In this document: piece by piece, positions 63,956 through 64,000 of the stretch
How the letters are laid out: every line of letters begins with the position of its first letter
How positions within the stretch are numbered: position 1 is the stretch's first letter
DNA from: an uncultured Gammaproteobacteria bacterium
GTDB taxonomy: Bacteria > Patescibacteriota > Microgenomatia > Levybacterales > UBA12049
Length of the DNA stretch: 64,000 nucleotides
Reading direction: 5' to 3'
Assembly (NCBI GenBank): GCA_964408485.1
Contig: CAYOZJ010000005.1
Location: 13,203 to 77,202, forward strand
Position numbers and translations under genes: made by a program
Notes under the pieces: generated by a model
The model's database searches: none
Told to the model about the DNA's origin: nothing
The model's input: only the letters and a program-made list of their open reading frames with translations

Positions 63956-64000
63956 ATGAAAAAATACCTTCCGCTTCTGGGTATTGTCACTTTCTTTATT
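63956..64000 (+). CDS. Start of a secreted or membrane protein, truncated by the window edge
   Basis: TGCTAGAAT upstream; MKKYLPLLGIVTFFI. Confidence 0.55.
   Translation, partial: MKKYLPLLGIVTFFI

Overview
Low-GC bacterial chromosome segment, genetic code 11. The gene set and style suggest a CPR/Patescibacteria genome of the Microgenomates type (inference): few Shine-Dalgarno sites, many leaderless orphan micro-genes, DsbA-VKOR, ComEA/ComEC and giant surface proteins. The housekeeping backbone is galU, secE-nusG-rplK-rplA, L10 leader-rplJ-rplL, a GalT-like gene, a WecB/TagA glycosyltransferase, mreB, tRNA-Arg(CCT), tRNA-Pro(CGG), ndk, an M16 peptidase, argS, a two-component cluster, comEC-comEA and leuS. 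Six features stand out. (1) Four small orphan genes lie downstream of leuS, separated by decayed copies of the leuS 3' end; a 445-aa orphan at galU is flanked the same way, suggesting integrase-free cassette accretion at conserved gene ends. (2) An unannotated leaderless Leu-rich leader peptide with protector, antiterminator and terminator lies upstream of DUF2000-leuS. (3) More than 15 palindromic or heptamer repeats are inserted in frame in housekeeping proteins. (4) A four-helix-bundle gene sits inside inverted repeats, and ORF-less elements of the same design are scattered through the window. (5) Five tandem HTH paralogues form an array. (6) A 5231-aa protein fuses two integrase SAM-like DNA-binding domains, one TM helix and a phage-tail-fibre-like ectodomain. 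All family assignments are by motif recognition; no searches were run.
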